A stretch of 64,000 nucleotides of DNA from Coriobacteriales bacterium (GTDB lineage: Bacteria; Actinomycetota; Coriobacteriia; Coriobacteriales; UBA8131), in contig JAISEO010000060.1 in assembly GCA_031264075.1 (NCBI GenBank), positions 6,354-70,353 on the forward strand, in the 5' to 3' direction. The notes under the pieces were generated by a model that was not told where the DNA came from, did not search any database, and saw only the letters and a list, made by a program, of their open reading frames with translations. This document shows, piece after piece, positions 26,784 through 35,155 of the stretch. Every line of letters begins with the position of its first letter. Position 1 is the stretch's first letter. A program made the position numbers and the translations under genes.

Positions 26784-27072
26784 CTTCCCACCCCACAAAA
26801 CTCAGTCGCTTCGCTCCTTCGAGTTTTGCGGGGGCCCCGGGATGTCTGCCAGATTGCGTCTGATCTGTTCCAGGTCTGTTCGGGAGTGCAACGTCACTAC
26901 TTGCGGTAATGGCGTTGTACTCACGGGCAGAGCTGGGGCAAATCAGACGTGAGATGGCGGGCAATGAATAAATCGGTGCCTCCTAGCAGGAGCGGGAACG
27001 ACCTGAGTCCCTACACTCTTCCAAACCGCATCAAAATCCCGGTTTTGTACCGGTTAACCACTGGTGGGGAAG
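26784..27072. other. About 290-bp non-coding element with nested long-range inverted repeats (candidate structured RNA or MITE-like element)
   Basis: cttcccacc (26784-26792) pairs with ggtggggaag (27063-27072) with one bulge. cccacaaaactc (26792-26803) pairs with gagttttgcggg (26821-26832). ctgcca...cgtctgat (26848-26864) pairs with atcagacg...tggcgg (26942-26958). gtgcaacg and cgttgtac form a further pair. No convincing ORF. Confidence 0.25.
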
Positions 27073-27130
27073 AAATTAAGAGTCGTCGTGCATACTGCTC
27101 TTCATAACGAACTTCTGGATTGGAGAGCAT

Positions 27131-27598
27131 ATGGCTACGACGACGACATCACGAGACACGGCAACGTATATACTGGACGCACCCGCGCAAGTGGCTGAGG
27201 TGGCAGGGAAGCAGAGCGCTCGAAACGCCCGAGGCAGAAACCAGACGCTTGGCAGAAGGGGAGAGGAGCTCACCTGCATGTATCTCGCCGACCAGGGCTT
27301 CATCATCCTCGAACGCAACTGGAAATGTAAGAGTGGCGAGGCGGATATCATTGCCTTGGAGAAGGAGACACTGGTCTTTGTTGAGGTGAAGACCCGGTCG
27401 GAGGGGTCTCTCGGCCTGCCCGAGTCTGCCGTGACCACACAAAAACGTATCTGCTATGAGAAAATCGCCATCAGCTATCTCATGCAGACCCCACGCCCCT
27501 CCTGTCAGGTCCGCTTTGACGTTATCGCCGTTCAGATGACGGGAGAGCGGCAGTGCCTGCTCCGGCATCACCGTGATGCCTTCTGGGTTGATGCCTGA
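27131..27598 (+). CDS. yraN: YraN-family (UPF0102) endonuclease-like protein
   Basis: GEELTCMYLADQGFIILERNWKCKSGEADIIALEKETLVFVEVKTR...RFDVIAV is the YraN PD-(D/E)xK-like core. Confidence 0.8.
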   Translation: MATTTTSRDTATYILDAPAQVAEVAGKQSARNARGRNQTLGRRGEELTCMYLADQGFIILERNWKCKSGEADIIALEKETLVFVEVKTRSEGSLGLPESAVTTQKRICYEKIAISYLMQTPRPSCQVRFDVIAVQMTGERQCLLRHHRDAFWVDA

Positions 27599-29160
27599 TG
27601 GGGGCCGCAAGGGATGGCACCACGGACTGCGTGCGCACGGCCACCATTATCGGCGTTGAAGCAAAGCCGGTGACCGTGGAGGTCAGCTTTACCAACGGGC
27701 TTCCCGGAATCAGCATCGTCGGCATGCCCGATACCGCCGTGTGCGAGGCCCGCCTCAGGGTGCGCGCCGCGCTGCGTGCCTGCGGATTCGACGTGCCCAA
27801 TGTCAACATCCTCGTTAACCTCGCCCCCTCTGATATTCCCAAGAACGGCTCTGGATTCGATCTGCCCATTGCCTTGGGCATCCTGCTTGCCACCGGTCAG
27901 ATTTCCGGAGGGGATATCGCCGGCAGGCTCTGCGTAGGCGAGCTCAGTCTTGACGGCAGTGTGCGAGCCGTACGCGGGATGCTGGCCTATGCGCAACTGG
28001 CGCGGGAACTGGACCTCGGCATGCTCTCGGCACTCGTTGAAGGAGGGGTGCCCACCACCTCACTCAATCGGCATTCCTGTGTGAGAAGTCTGCGTGACGT
28101 GTGCACGAGCACCTATATCAAACCACAACCCGCCCAGGTGCCTGCTCACGGAACGGCAAAGGATTACTGCGACATCGCGGGAAACGTCCTGGCCAAACGT
28201 GCCCTGACCATTGCCGCGGCAGGCGAACATGCGCTGATGATGATAGGGCCGCCGGGGTCCGGCAAGACGATGCTGGCCAGCAGACTGCCTACGATAATGG
28301 CCACCTTGAACGAGGAGGAGCGCTTTGCAGCGGCCATGATCCACTCGGTCGCCGGGCTTCCCTACGACAGCATCCTGAGTGGGCAAAAGCCGTTCAGGGC
28401 GCCGCACCACAGTGCCACGAGGGCAGGGCTCATGGGAGGTGGCTCTCCGGTCGTACCCGGCGAGGTGTCTCTGGCTCACAACGGGATCCTCTTCTTGGAT
28501 GAGATATCTGAATTTGGCTCTGCCATCCTGCAGTTGCTCAGACAGCCGGTGGAAAGCGGGTATATATCGCTTGCGCGGGCGCGCGGTACCACGGTGCTGC
28601 CAGCCTCCTTCATGTTGGTTGCCGCCTCCAATCCGTGTCCCTGTGGCTACTTTGGCGATCCGGAGCGTAGCTGTACCTGTAGCGACGCAGAGATACGCAA
28701 GTATCAGGGCCGCATAGGCGGGCCACTCCTCGACCGTATCGACATGGTGATAGATGTCTGGCGCTCCAAGCCCGGCGAGGTACTGGCAACCGGCAGCGGC
28801 ACCAGCTCAGCACACATGCGTGAACAGGTGGCACAGGCACAGGAATTCGCGCGATGGCGCGGTGTGGAGCACGCGCATACTACCGACACACCAGCGCCCG
28901 TGCCCCGCGGAGTCGATGGCGCGAAGCTTTCCGGGGAGGGAGCCCGCCTGCTGAGTGCCTGCGGTCTTGGCCAGAGCGAGCGCGCGTGCTTTGAGGATGC
29001 GGCGGAGCGGCTCAGGCTGAGCGGTCGCGGCATCATGCGTGCTCTCTCCGTTGCCCGGACCATAGCAGACCTGGAGCAGTCTGAGCGTGTTGTAACAGAG
29101 CATCTTCTCGAGGCATTAACCTTCAGGGCAGACGGGCGGTGCGGCAATGGGAGCAGCTAA
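27598..29160 (+). CDS. comM: YifB/ComM-family Mg-chelatase-like AAA+ ATPase
   Basis: N-terminal Lon-like domain (GLPGISIVGMPDTAV.EAR.RV), Walker A GPPGSGKT, and GILFLDEISEF. TGATG overlap with yraN. Confidence 0.9.
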   Translation: MGAARDGTTDCVRTATIIGVEAKPVTVEVSFTNGLPGISIVGMPDTAVCEARLRVRAALRACGFDVPNVNILVNLAPSDIPKNGSGFDLPIALGILLATGQISGGDIAGRLCVGELSLDGSVRAVRGMLAYAQLARELDLGMLSALVEGGVPTTSLNRHSCVRSLRDVCTSTYIKPQPAQVPAHGTAKDYCDIAGNVLAKRALTIAAAGEHALMMIGPPGSGKTMLASRLPTIMATLNEEERFAAAMIHSVAGLPYDSILSGQKPFRAPHHSATRAGLMGGGSPVVPGEVSLAHNGILFLDEISEFGSAILQLLRQPVESGYISLARARGTTVLPASFMLVAASNPCPCGYFGDPERSCTCSDAEIRKYQGRIGGPLLDRIDMVIDVWRSKPGEVLATGSGTSSAHMREQVAQAQEFARWRGVEHAHTTDTPAPVPRGVDGAKLSGEGARLLSACGLGQSERACFEDAAERLRLSGRGIMRALSVARTIADLEQSERVVTEHLLEALTFRADGRCGNGSS

Positions 29161-30193
29161 AGGTACGGCCTCAAGAAATCTGCTCGACAGTTTCTCATCG
29201 GACGGTGTTGAGGCGAGCGCCTTGCCCAATCGTTCGGAACTCCTGCCCGGTTCGGCATTATTCCCCAAGAACCTGCTGCAACTCAGGGACACCCCCCGAA
29301 AACTCTACGTGCTCGGCGAGGTGAGGACACTGAGTATGCCGGCCATTGCCATTGTGGGAGCGCGCAAGGCTACAACCTACGGGCTGGAATGTGCTGAGCG
29401 GTTTGCGCGCAAGGCAGCGTATTGGGGCGTGGCCGTGGTTTCCGGCGGGGCCATCGGCTGTGACATGGCTGCCCACCGGGGTGCTCTGGAGGCGGGCGGC
29501 ACCACGATAGTGGTTTTGGGGTCCGGCGCCGATGTCGTCTATCCACTGCGTGCTCGCGCGCTCTTCAAAGAGGTGCTGGAGGCGGGCGGCACGCTGGTTT
29601 CCGAAGCTCCCTGGGGCTCGGCTCCGCTTACCTGGGCCTTCAGCAAGCGAAACCGCATCATCGCGGCGCTGGCGGGAGCAACCCTGATAGTTGAGGCCGG
29701 GCTGCCGAGTGGCACCTTCCAAACGGCCGATCATACCCTGGCACTCGGCAACGAGGTGCTGGTAGTGCCCGGGCCCATCTTCTCCAACACGTCGAGAGGC
29801 TCAAATCGGCTTCTGGCGCAGGGAGCGGTACCCATTGTTGATGATGAAAGTTTTGAGGACGCCCTGACACAACTCTTTGGGCCCCGGCTCTCTCGTGCCT
29901 GCGATTTGGGGGCATCGGGTGCTGGCGAGTCCGAGTTTGCCTCCAATGAGTCAGTATCGCAGGAGGGAGCCGTCCAGAGTGATGCTGTCTCTTTGGGCCC
30001 TCAGGAAATCATACTGCGCCAGCTCACCAACCATGTCATGGCTGATCTCAGTGCCAATCCTATGACTGTAGACGATATAGCAGCAGCCTATCAAAAGGAT
30101 GTTGTCGAGATCATTCGGGTTGTCAGTAAGTTGGAGGTGTCCGGCGAACTCGAGCGCCTCAGAGATGGCCGTTACATGACGAGGATCCGATGA
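29147..30193 (+). CDS. dprA: DNA-processing protein DprA (Smf)
   Basis: AIVGARKATTYG, VVSGGAIGCDMAAHRGAL, GTTIVVLGSGADVVYP and F.KRNRIIAALA. This is the Rossmann-like DprA core. Confidence 0.9.
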   Translation: MGAAKGTASRNLLDSFSSDGVEASALPNRSELLPGSALFPKNLLQLRDTPRKLYVLGEVRTLSMPAIAIVGARKATTYGLECAERFARKAAYWGVAVVSGGAIGCDMAAHRGALEAGGTTIVVLGSGADVVYPLRARALFKEVLEAGGTLVSEAPWGSAPLTWAFSKRNRIIAALAGATLIVEAGLPSGTFQTADHTLALGNEVLVVPGPIFSNTSRGSNRLLAQGAVPIVDDESFEDALTQLFGPRLSRACDLGASGAGESEFASNESVSQEGAVQSDAVSLGPQEIILRQLTNHVMADLSANPMTVDDIAAAYQKDVVEIIRVVSKLEVSGELERLRDGRYMTRIR

Positions 30194-30240
30194 GGAAATG
30201 ACCGCAAGGCGACATGCTATGCTGCTGACAATCAGCTTAT

Positions 30241-30501
30241 TTGAGTGTGTTGGAGAGGGAGCTGGAATGCTGTCCCATCGCTTGTCTATACAGTATGCTA
30301 TATTGTATAAATGAAGCCGAGATAGTCAAATATCCAACGGCTGCAACGGGTAAGTTCAATCCCGAAGCACTGGAATACGACTTGACAGGCTGGTTCTCGA
30401 GAGAGATAACCCGCAAGGATCGCTCTGTCTATCGACCGGATCCCTTGGATGCCAATGTCATTGAAGTGCACCAATGCAAGGGCCATTACTGCGATACCTG
30501 A
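30241..30501 (+). pseudogene. Orphan, N-terminally degenerate YoeB/Txe-family toxin remnant
   Basis: From about aa 23, INEAEIVKYPTAATGKFNPEALEYDLTGWFSREITRKDRSVYRP...IEVHQCKGHY parallels YoeB (..PF.G.GKPE.L...LSG.WSRRI...HRLVY......CR.HY). The first ~22 aa do not match. There is no YefM-type gene upstream, as dprA ends at 30193. Confidence 0.5.
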
Positions 30502-30522
30502 GAATAGCCAGGCACAAGACTC

Positions 30523-31923
30523 ATGACTGACACCGACGAAAAGGCTGTACATATCATAGGCGGCGGCCTGGCTGGGAGTGAGGCGGCGTGGCAGCTTGCC
30601 GAGCGCGGAGTACCGGTGCGGCTGTATGAGATGCGCCCGGCTCACAACACCCCGGCACATCGAACCGGTTACCTGGCAGAACTCGTGTGCTCCAACTCGC
30701 TCAAGAGTCTCGTACTTCCTTCGGCAGCCGCTGCGCTCAAACACGAATTGGCCCTCATGGGCTCCTTTCTGCTTAAAGAGGCGCTGCACAACCGTGTTCC
30801 GGCGGGAATGGCACTCGCGGTGGAGCGGGAAGCTTTCGCCCGGGCAGTGAGCCAGAAGATAGCGGCGCACCCCGGTATACAGCTCGTGCACGAGGAAATA
30901 ACGAGCCTTGCCCCCCTGCTTGCCGCTGCGAGCACACAGCAGATAATCGTCGCCACGGGCCCTCTCAGCTCGGATGCCCTGGCAGAGGACATCGCGCGAA
31001 TGTTGGGCAGGGAGCACCTGGCCTTCTTTGATGCTGCGGCACCCATAGTTGAGGCAGAGAGCCTGGACAGGCAGAAGCTGGTGAGCCAATCGCGCTTCGA
31101 CAAGGGTGAGGGCGCATACCTCAACGCGCTGCTCGACAAAGAACAGTACCTCGCCCTGGTTGCCAGCCTCGTCAGGGCAGAGCGCGTCACGCTCCGCAGC
31201 TTTGAGAAGCGGGAGCTGTTCAGTGCGTGCCAACCAATCGAGGAGGTGGCCAGAAGTGGGGTGGACGCGCTTCGCTACGGCGCGCTCAAGCCAATCGGGC
31301 TCACCGACCCCACAACCGGCAAGCGCCCCTATGCTGCCATTCAGCTGAGGGCGGAAAACACCCGGCAGAGCGCGTGGAACCTCGTGGGCTTTCAGACCAA
31401 CCTCAGCTTTGCGGCGCAGGAAGAAGTCATCCGGCGTATTCCCGGTTTTGAGCAGGTCAGTTTTGTGCGATACGGCGTCATGCATCGCAACACCTTCCTC
31501 AATTCCCCGGAAGTGCTGGGATCAGGCTTTGAGCTGCCCAGCGAGCCCCGTCTGCGTTTTGCCGGCCAGATAACCGGTACCGAAGGCTACACCGAAGCCA
31601 TAGCCTCCGGGCTCTTCGCGGCGCTTAACGCCTACGCAGCCCTCAGGGAAAGGTCGGCGCCTGTCCTGCCGGATACCAGCACCTTTGGCGCTCTGGTTGC
31701 CTATGCCACCACGGGAGAAACGAGACACTACCAGCCCCTGCATGTCAATTACGGGCTCATGCCTCCGCTTTCTCAGAAGCCCAGAGGCAAGCGAGAGCGC
31801 TACGCTGCCTATGCGGAACGGGCAATCGCCGCGACCAGGGCAATGAGAGAAGCCAATTCCCAGCTGGATTTTTTGCCAGCCTACGAGCTGCCTCACTTCG
31901 ATCACCTACGGCAGGAGCGCTGA
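30523..31923 (+). CDS. trmFO: Methylenetetrahydrofolate--tRNA-(uracil54-C5)-methyltransferase TrmFO (Gid)
   Basis: VHIIGGGLAGSEAAWQLAERGV.VRLYEMRP...TPAHRTGYLAELVCSNSLKS is the TrmFO signature N-terminus. 466 aa. Confidence 0.9.
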   Translation: MTDTDEKAVHIIGGGLAGSEAAWQLAERGVPVRLYEMRPAHNTPAHRTGYLAELVCSNSLKSLVLPSAAAALKHELALMGSFLLKEALHNRVPAGMALAVEREAFARAVSQKIAAHPGIQLVHEEITSLAPLLAAASTQQIIVATGPLSSDALAEDIARMLGREHLAFFDAAAPIVEAESLDRQKLVSQSRFDKGEGAYLNALLDKEQYLALVASLVRAERVTLRSFEKRELFSACQPIEEVARSGVDALRYGALKPIGLTDPTTGKRPYAAIQLRAENTRQSAWNLVGFQTNLSFAAQEEVIRRIPGFEQVSFVRYGVMHRNTFLNSPEVLGSGFELPSEPRLRFAGQITGTEGYTEAIASGLFAALNAYAALRERSAPVLPDTSTFGALVAYATTGETRHYQPLHVNYGLMPPLSQKPRGKRERYAAYAERAIAATRAMREANSQLDFLPAYELPHFDHLRQER

Positions 31924-31926
31924 ACA

Positions 31927-32835
31927 ATGGAACAGGATGCTGCCAGCCTCGTAGAATCGTATCTGCTTTCGCTCAAGGCTGAGCGCAATTTCTCTCCGCA
32001 CAGCCTCCGTGCCTATACCGGCGATTTGCATCTCTTTCTCGATTGGCTCAACACAGAAGCATGCGCGCTCAGCGATCTGGATAGCCGCGCGATGCGTTCG
32101 TATCTGGCGCAGCTGCTGGAACACGGCTACAGCAAGACCACGATAAACCGCCGCCTCTCTGCCGTGCGCTCATTTCTGCGCTGGCTTTCTGAGCAGGGCA
32201 TCCTGGACAGTGCCGCTGCATCCACAAAAGGCCCTAAGACCCCTCAGCGTTTGCCGAGGGTCGTGTCGGCCGCAGATATTACGAAGCTCTTGCAGCCATC
32301 CATTACGCATGAGCCGGCAGACATCCGCGACGACGCTCTCTTTGAATTGATGTACGCCACAGGGGCGCGCATATCCGAACTGGCGGCGCTTCGTCTCCAG
32401 GATATCGACGCTCCAGAACAGCTCGTGCACTTCTGGGGCAAGGGAAACAAGGAGCGAATAGTACCCCTGTACTCACTCGCGCTTGGAAAGCTCGAGCGTT
32501 ACCTCACCCAGGCCAGACCTCGCCTCATCAAAGCTCATAAGCTCAGGGGAGAGGATGCCGGCCGGGTCTTCATAGGCAAGAGTGGCAAGCCACTGAGTGC
32601 CGACAGCATTCGCGTTGCCTTCAAACGTCGGCTTGCGCTCGTGGGCATTGACAGCTCCGTTACTCCCCATGACATCCGCCACAGCTTTGCCACTGACCTC
32701 CTCGCCAGCGGTGCCGACCTCAGAAGCGTGCAGGCGTTGCTCGGTCATGAGCACCTGACAACCACACAGATATACACGCATCTTTCGATAGGGCATCTCC
32801 AAGAGCTGACGAAGCGTGCCCATCCCCGTGGGTAA
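31927..32835 (+). CDS. xerC: Tyrosine site-specific recombinase XerC/XerD family
   Basis: N-terminal SAM-like domain (HSLRAYTGDLHLFLDWL). Catalytic residues in ATGARISELAAL, HDIRHSFATDLL and LLGHEHLTTTQIYTH. It follows trmFO, as codV does in Firmicutes. The choice between xerC and xerD is not resolved. Confidence 0.8.
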   Translation: MEQDAASLVESYLLSLKAERNFSPHSLRAYTGDLHLFLDWLNTEACALSDLDSRAMRSYLAQLLEHGYSKTTINRRLSAVRSFLRWLSEQGILDSAAASTKGPKTPQRLPRVVSAADITKLLQPSITHEPADIRDDALFELMYATGARISELAALRLQDIDAPEQLVHFWGKGNKERIVPLYSLALGKLERYLTQARPRLIKAHKLRGEDAGRVFIGKSGKPLSADSIRVAFKRRLALVGIDSSVTPHDIRHSFATDLLASGADLRSVQALLGHEHLTTTQIYTHLSIGHLQELTKRAHPRG

Positions 32836-33027
32836 GCCTTCCCTCTTTCGCACCATCTACGACAATGTGCTACAATCATCGTTTGTGTCTGCGCACCCTG
32901 CAGACGCGGCAGGAATGGCTATCTCATCAGTGCGATCTGGAGCGTACGAAGAGTTCGCAGTGACGAGACAGCCCCTGTCGTACGCGAATGACGTCTATGC
33001 AGGTACACACGTGAGAGGAACTTTATA

Positions 33028-33207
33028 ATGGCTGTACCCAAAAGAAAAACCGGCCGCTCGGTTACCCATGCGCGCCGCAGTGCCAATACCGTACTCAAGC
33101 CTGCCGCCCGCTCTCTCTGCGAGCAGTGCGGTGCCGTCAAGCTCCCTCATTATGTCTGCGGCAACTGCGGTAGCTACAATGGTCGCGAGGTCCTTAACAT
33201 GGAGTAG
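33028..33207 (+). CDS. rpmF: 50S ribosomal protein L32
   Basis: Not in the ORF track (59 aa). ATG 33028 gives MAVPKRKTGRSVTHARRSANTVLKPAARSLCEQCGAVKLPHYVCGNCGSYNGREVLNME*, with TAG at 33205-33207. MAVPKR + CxxC...CxxC is the L32 signature. plsX follows. Confidence 0.9.
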   Translation: MAVPKRKTGRSVTHARRSANTVLKPAARSLCEQCGAVKLPHYVCGNCGSYNGREVLNME

Positions 33208-33211
33208 TCCC

Positions 33212-34291
33212 GTGACGCTTCACTCCCCAACAACAACGCAGACCAGCCCAATACAGGAGCCACGCCCAGACAGTGCCCTCTCAGATCAACCCGTCAAGGT
33301 CGTTGTCGATGTCATGGGCGGCGATGATGCGCCGGACGTTGTGCTCGAGGGCATCAGACGGCTCTTTGCTTCCACAGACCCCCTCGACGCAGGCATCAGG
33401 CTCATCCTCGTTGGTGCCGCAGACGCGATAGAACCCCTGCAAGAGGCGTATCCCGAGCGCATAGACACGGTGGCCACCACCGAAGTCATCGCGATGAACG
33501 AGCATCCCGCCGCTGCGGTCAAGCAGAAGAAGGACTCGTCTGTCGTAGTGGGCTGCCGCCTGGTAAAGGAGGGCAGGGCCGATGCCTTCTTTTCCGCCGG
33601 CTCTACCGGAGGGGTCATGACGGCGGCCACCCTGATTATCGGTCGCGTCAAGGGTGTCAAGCGTCCTGCCATCGCAACGGTCATACCTGCTCCCCGGGGC
33701 AGCGTCGTACTTATCGACGCGGGAGCCAATACCGACGTACTACCTGAATACGTGCTGCAATTCGCTGCCATGGGCGAGGTCTATGCCCGTGGGGTCATGG
33801 GAGTCAGGCATCCGCGCGTCGGCCTCCTCAATGTTGGCGAGGAAGCAAGCAAGGGCTCGCAGTTGGCCCAGGATGTGTATGCCTTGATGGCGGACAGAAT
33901 AGCTGGTTTTGCGGGCAACGCAGAGGGAACGGATCTGTTCCGCGGCAGCTTTGACGTCATTGCCACCGATGGCTTTACCGGCAACATCGTCCTCAAGGCC
34001 ATGGAGGGCCTCGTCGCTGGTCTTTTCGGCGAGCTCAAGACCATCTTCTATTCCTCCACCAAGAACAAGTTGGCCGCTGCCGTACTCAAGAGTGACCTTT
34101 CCGCGCTTAAAGACCAGCTGGACATCGAGGCAATCGGTGGCGCGCCCCTGCTCGGCCTTGCGGCCCCGGTGGTCATCGGGCATGGCTCCTCGGGCGCCTT
34201 TGCCATCGAGAGCGGCATCAGGGCAACGGCTACGGCCGCGCGCCAGCACATTCCCGAGCTTATCGCAGACGCGGTTGCCGCCAGGGGCTGA
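33212..34291 (+). CDS. plsX: Phosphate acyltransferase PlsX
   Basis: VKVVVDVMGGDDAP is the PlsX N-motif, with GEEASKGS and VIGHGSS further on. Start tentatively GTG 33212, just after rpmF. The ORF-track start at 33068 lies inside rpmF. Confidence 0.85.
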   Translation: MTLHSPTTTQTSPIQEPRPDSALSDQPVKVVVDVMGGDDAPDVVLEGIRRLFASTDPLDAGIRLILVGAADAIEPLQEAYPERIDTVATTEVIAMNEHPAAAVKQKKDSSVVVGCRLVKEGRADAFFSAGSTGGVMTAATLIIGRVKGVKRPAIATVIPAPRGSVVLIDAGANTDVLPEYVLQFAAMGEVYARGVMGVRHPRVGLLNVGEEASKGSQLAQDVYALMADRIAGFAGNAEGTDLFRGSFDVIATDGFTGNIVLKAMEGLVAGLFGELKTIFYSSTKNKLAAAVLKSDLSALKDQLDIEAIGGAPLLGLAAPVVIGHGSSGAFAIESGIRATATAARQHIPELIADAVAARG

Positions 34292-34294
34292 GCG

Positions 34295-35146
34295 GTGTCC
34301 AGGCAGGAAAAAAGCAGGGGAGAGGCATCCACACCGCAATTTGTGCAGTATGCCGAGCGACTCACACGCGCAGAGCAGATGCTCGACTACGAGTTCAGGG
34401 ACAGGGAACTCCTGCTGCTCGCCCTCACCCATCCTTCTGCCTCGGAGGGCAACAGGCAGAGCGCGATGGGCTCCTATGAACGCCTGGAGTTCCTCGGCGA
34501 TGCCATTCTGGGAGCCATCATCTCACGGGAGCTGTATGATCGGTACCCCAATCTCGATGAGGGCGCCCTCACCCGTCTCAAAGTCAGTGCGGTAGCGGGT
34601 CAGACGCTGGCCAGGTTGGCTGGCGAGCTCGGGTTGGAGAAGCTCGTCGTCTTTGGCTCTTCGGAGCGCGGTACGGGCAAACGCGGTCTGCAGTCGGCGC
34701 TGGAGAATGTCTATGAGGCCCTGGTCGCGGCGCTTGCCATTGACGGCGGAACAGAGGCTGCCGAGCGATTCGTTCTCCGCACGCTGGCTCCGATGATCAA
34801 TACCAGGGCGGCACGCGAGCCGGAGAATCCCAAGTCAATGCTTCAGGAGATGCTCCAGGCCGAGGGTGTTACGCCGACCTATGAGATCATCGACACGGAC
34901 GGCCCCCCGCACAACCGCCAGTTTACCGCCAGGGTTCTTGCCGACGAGCAGGCACTCGCCGCAGGTAGCGGTCATTCCAAGAAGGATGCCGAGATGCAGG
35001 CGGCCACCCGGGCGCTGGAATCCCTCAAAGCCGGCGAGCGCGCAACAGACCGCAGGGCCACAGAGGCCGGTGAGTCAGACGCAGCGGCAAGAGATGAGAC
35101 AAATCTAGCCCACAATGACCGCCCCGCCAGCGCTGAGAAGCGCTAG
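34295..35146 (+). CDS. rnc: Ribonuclease III
   Basis: LLLALTHPS....YERLEFLGDAILG is the RNase III signature. C-terminal dsRBD (PKSMLQEMLQAEG..P.YEI...GP.H...F). GTG start 34295. Confidence 0.9.
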   Translation: MSRQEKSRGEASTPQFVQYAERLTRAEQMLDYEFRDRELLLLALTHPSASEGNRQSAMGSYERLEFLGDAILGAIISRELYDRYPNLDEGALTRLKVSAVAGQTLARLAGELGLEKLVVFGSSERGTGKRGLQSALENVYEALVAALAIDGGTEAAERFVLRTLAPMINTRAAREPENPKSMLQEMLQAEGVTPTYEIIDTDGPPHNRQFTARVLADEQALAAGSGHSKKDAEMQAATRALESLKAGERATDRRATEAGESDAAARDETNLAHNDRPASAEKR

Positions 35147-35155
35147 AATAGAAGC

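Noticed and set aside
26970-27010. SRP (4.5S/scRNA) gene, because of ggtgcc...ctagcagg similarity to the Bacillus scRNA Alu region and the proximity of ffh/ftsY
   Set aside because: The universally conserved domain IV (GGAA tetraloop flanked by AGCA/GNAR symmetric loop sequences) is absent on both strands.
32816-33028. 70-aa ORF upstream of rpmF as a YceD/DUF177-like gene (the usual rpmF neighbour)
   Set aside because: It overlaps the xerC 3' end and lacks the CxxC...CxxC pattern and acidic character of DUF177 proteins. It is probably non-coding leader sequence.
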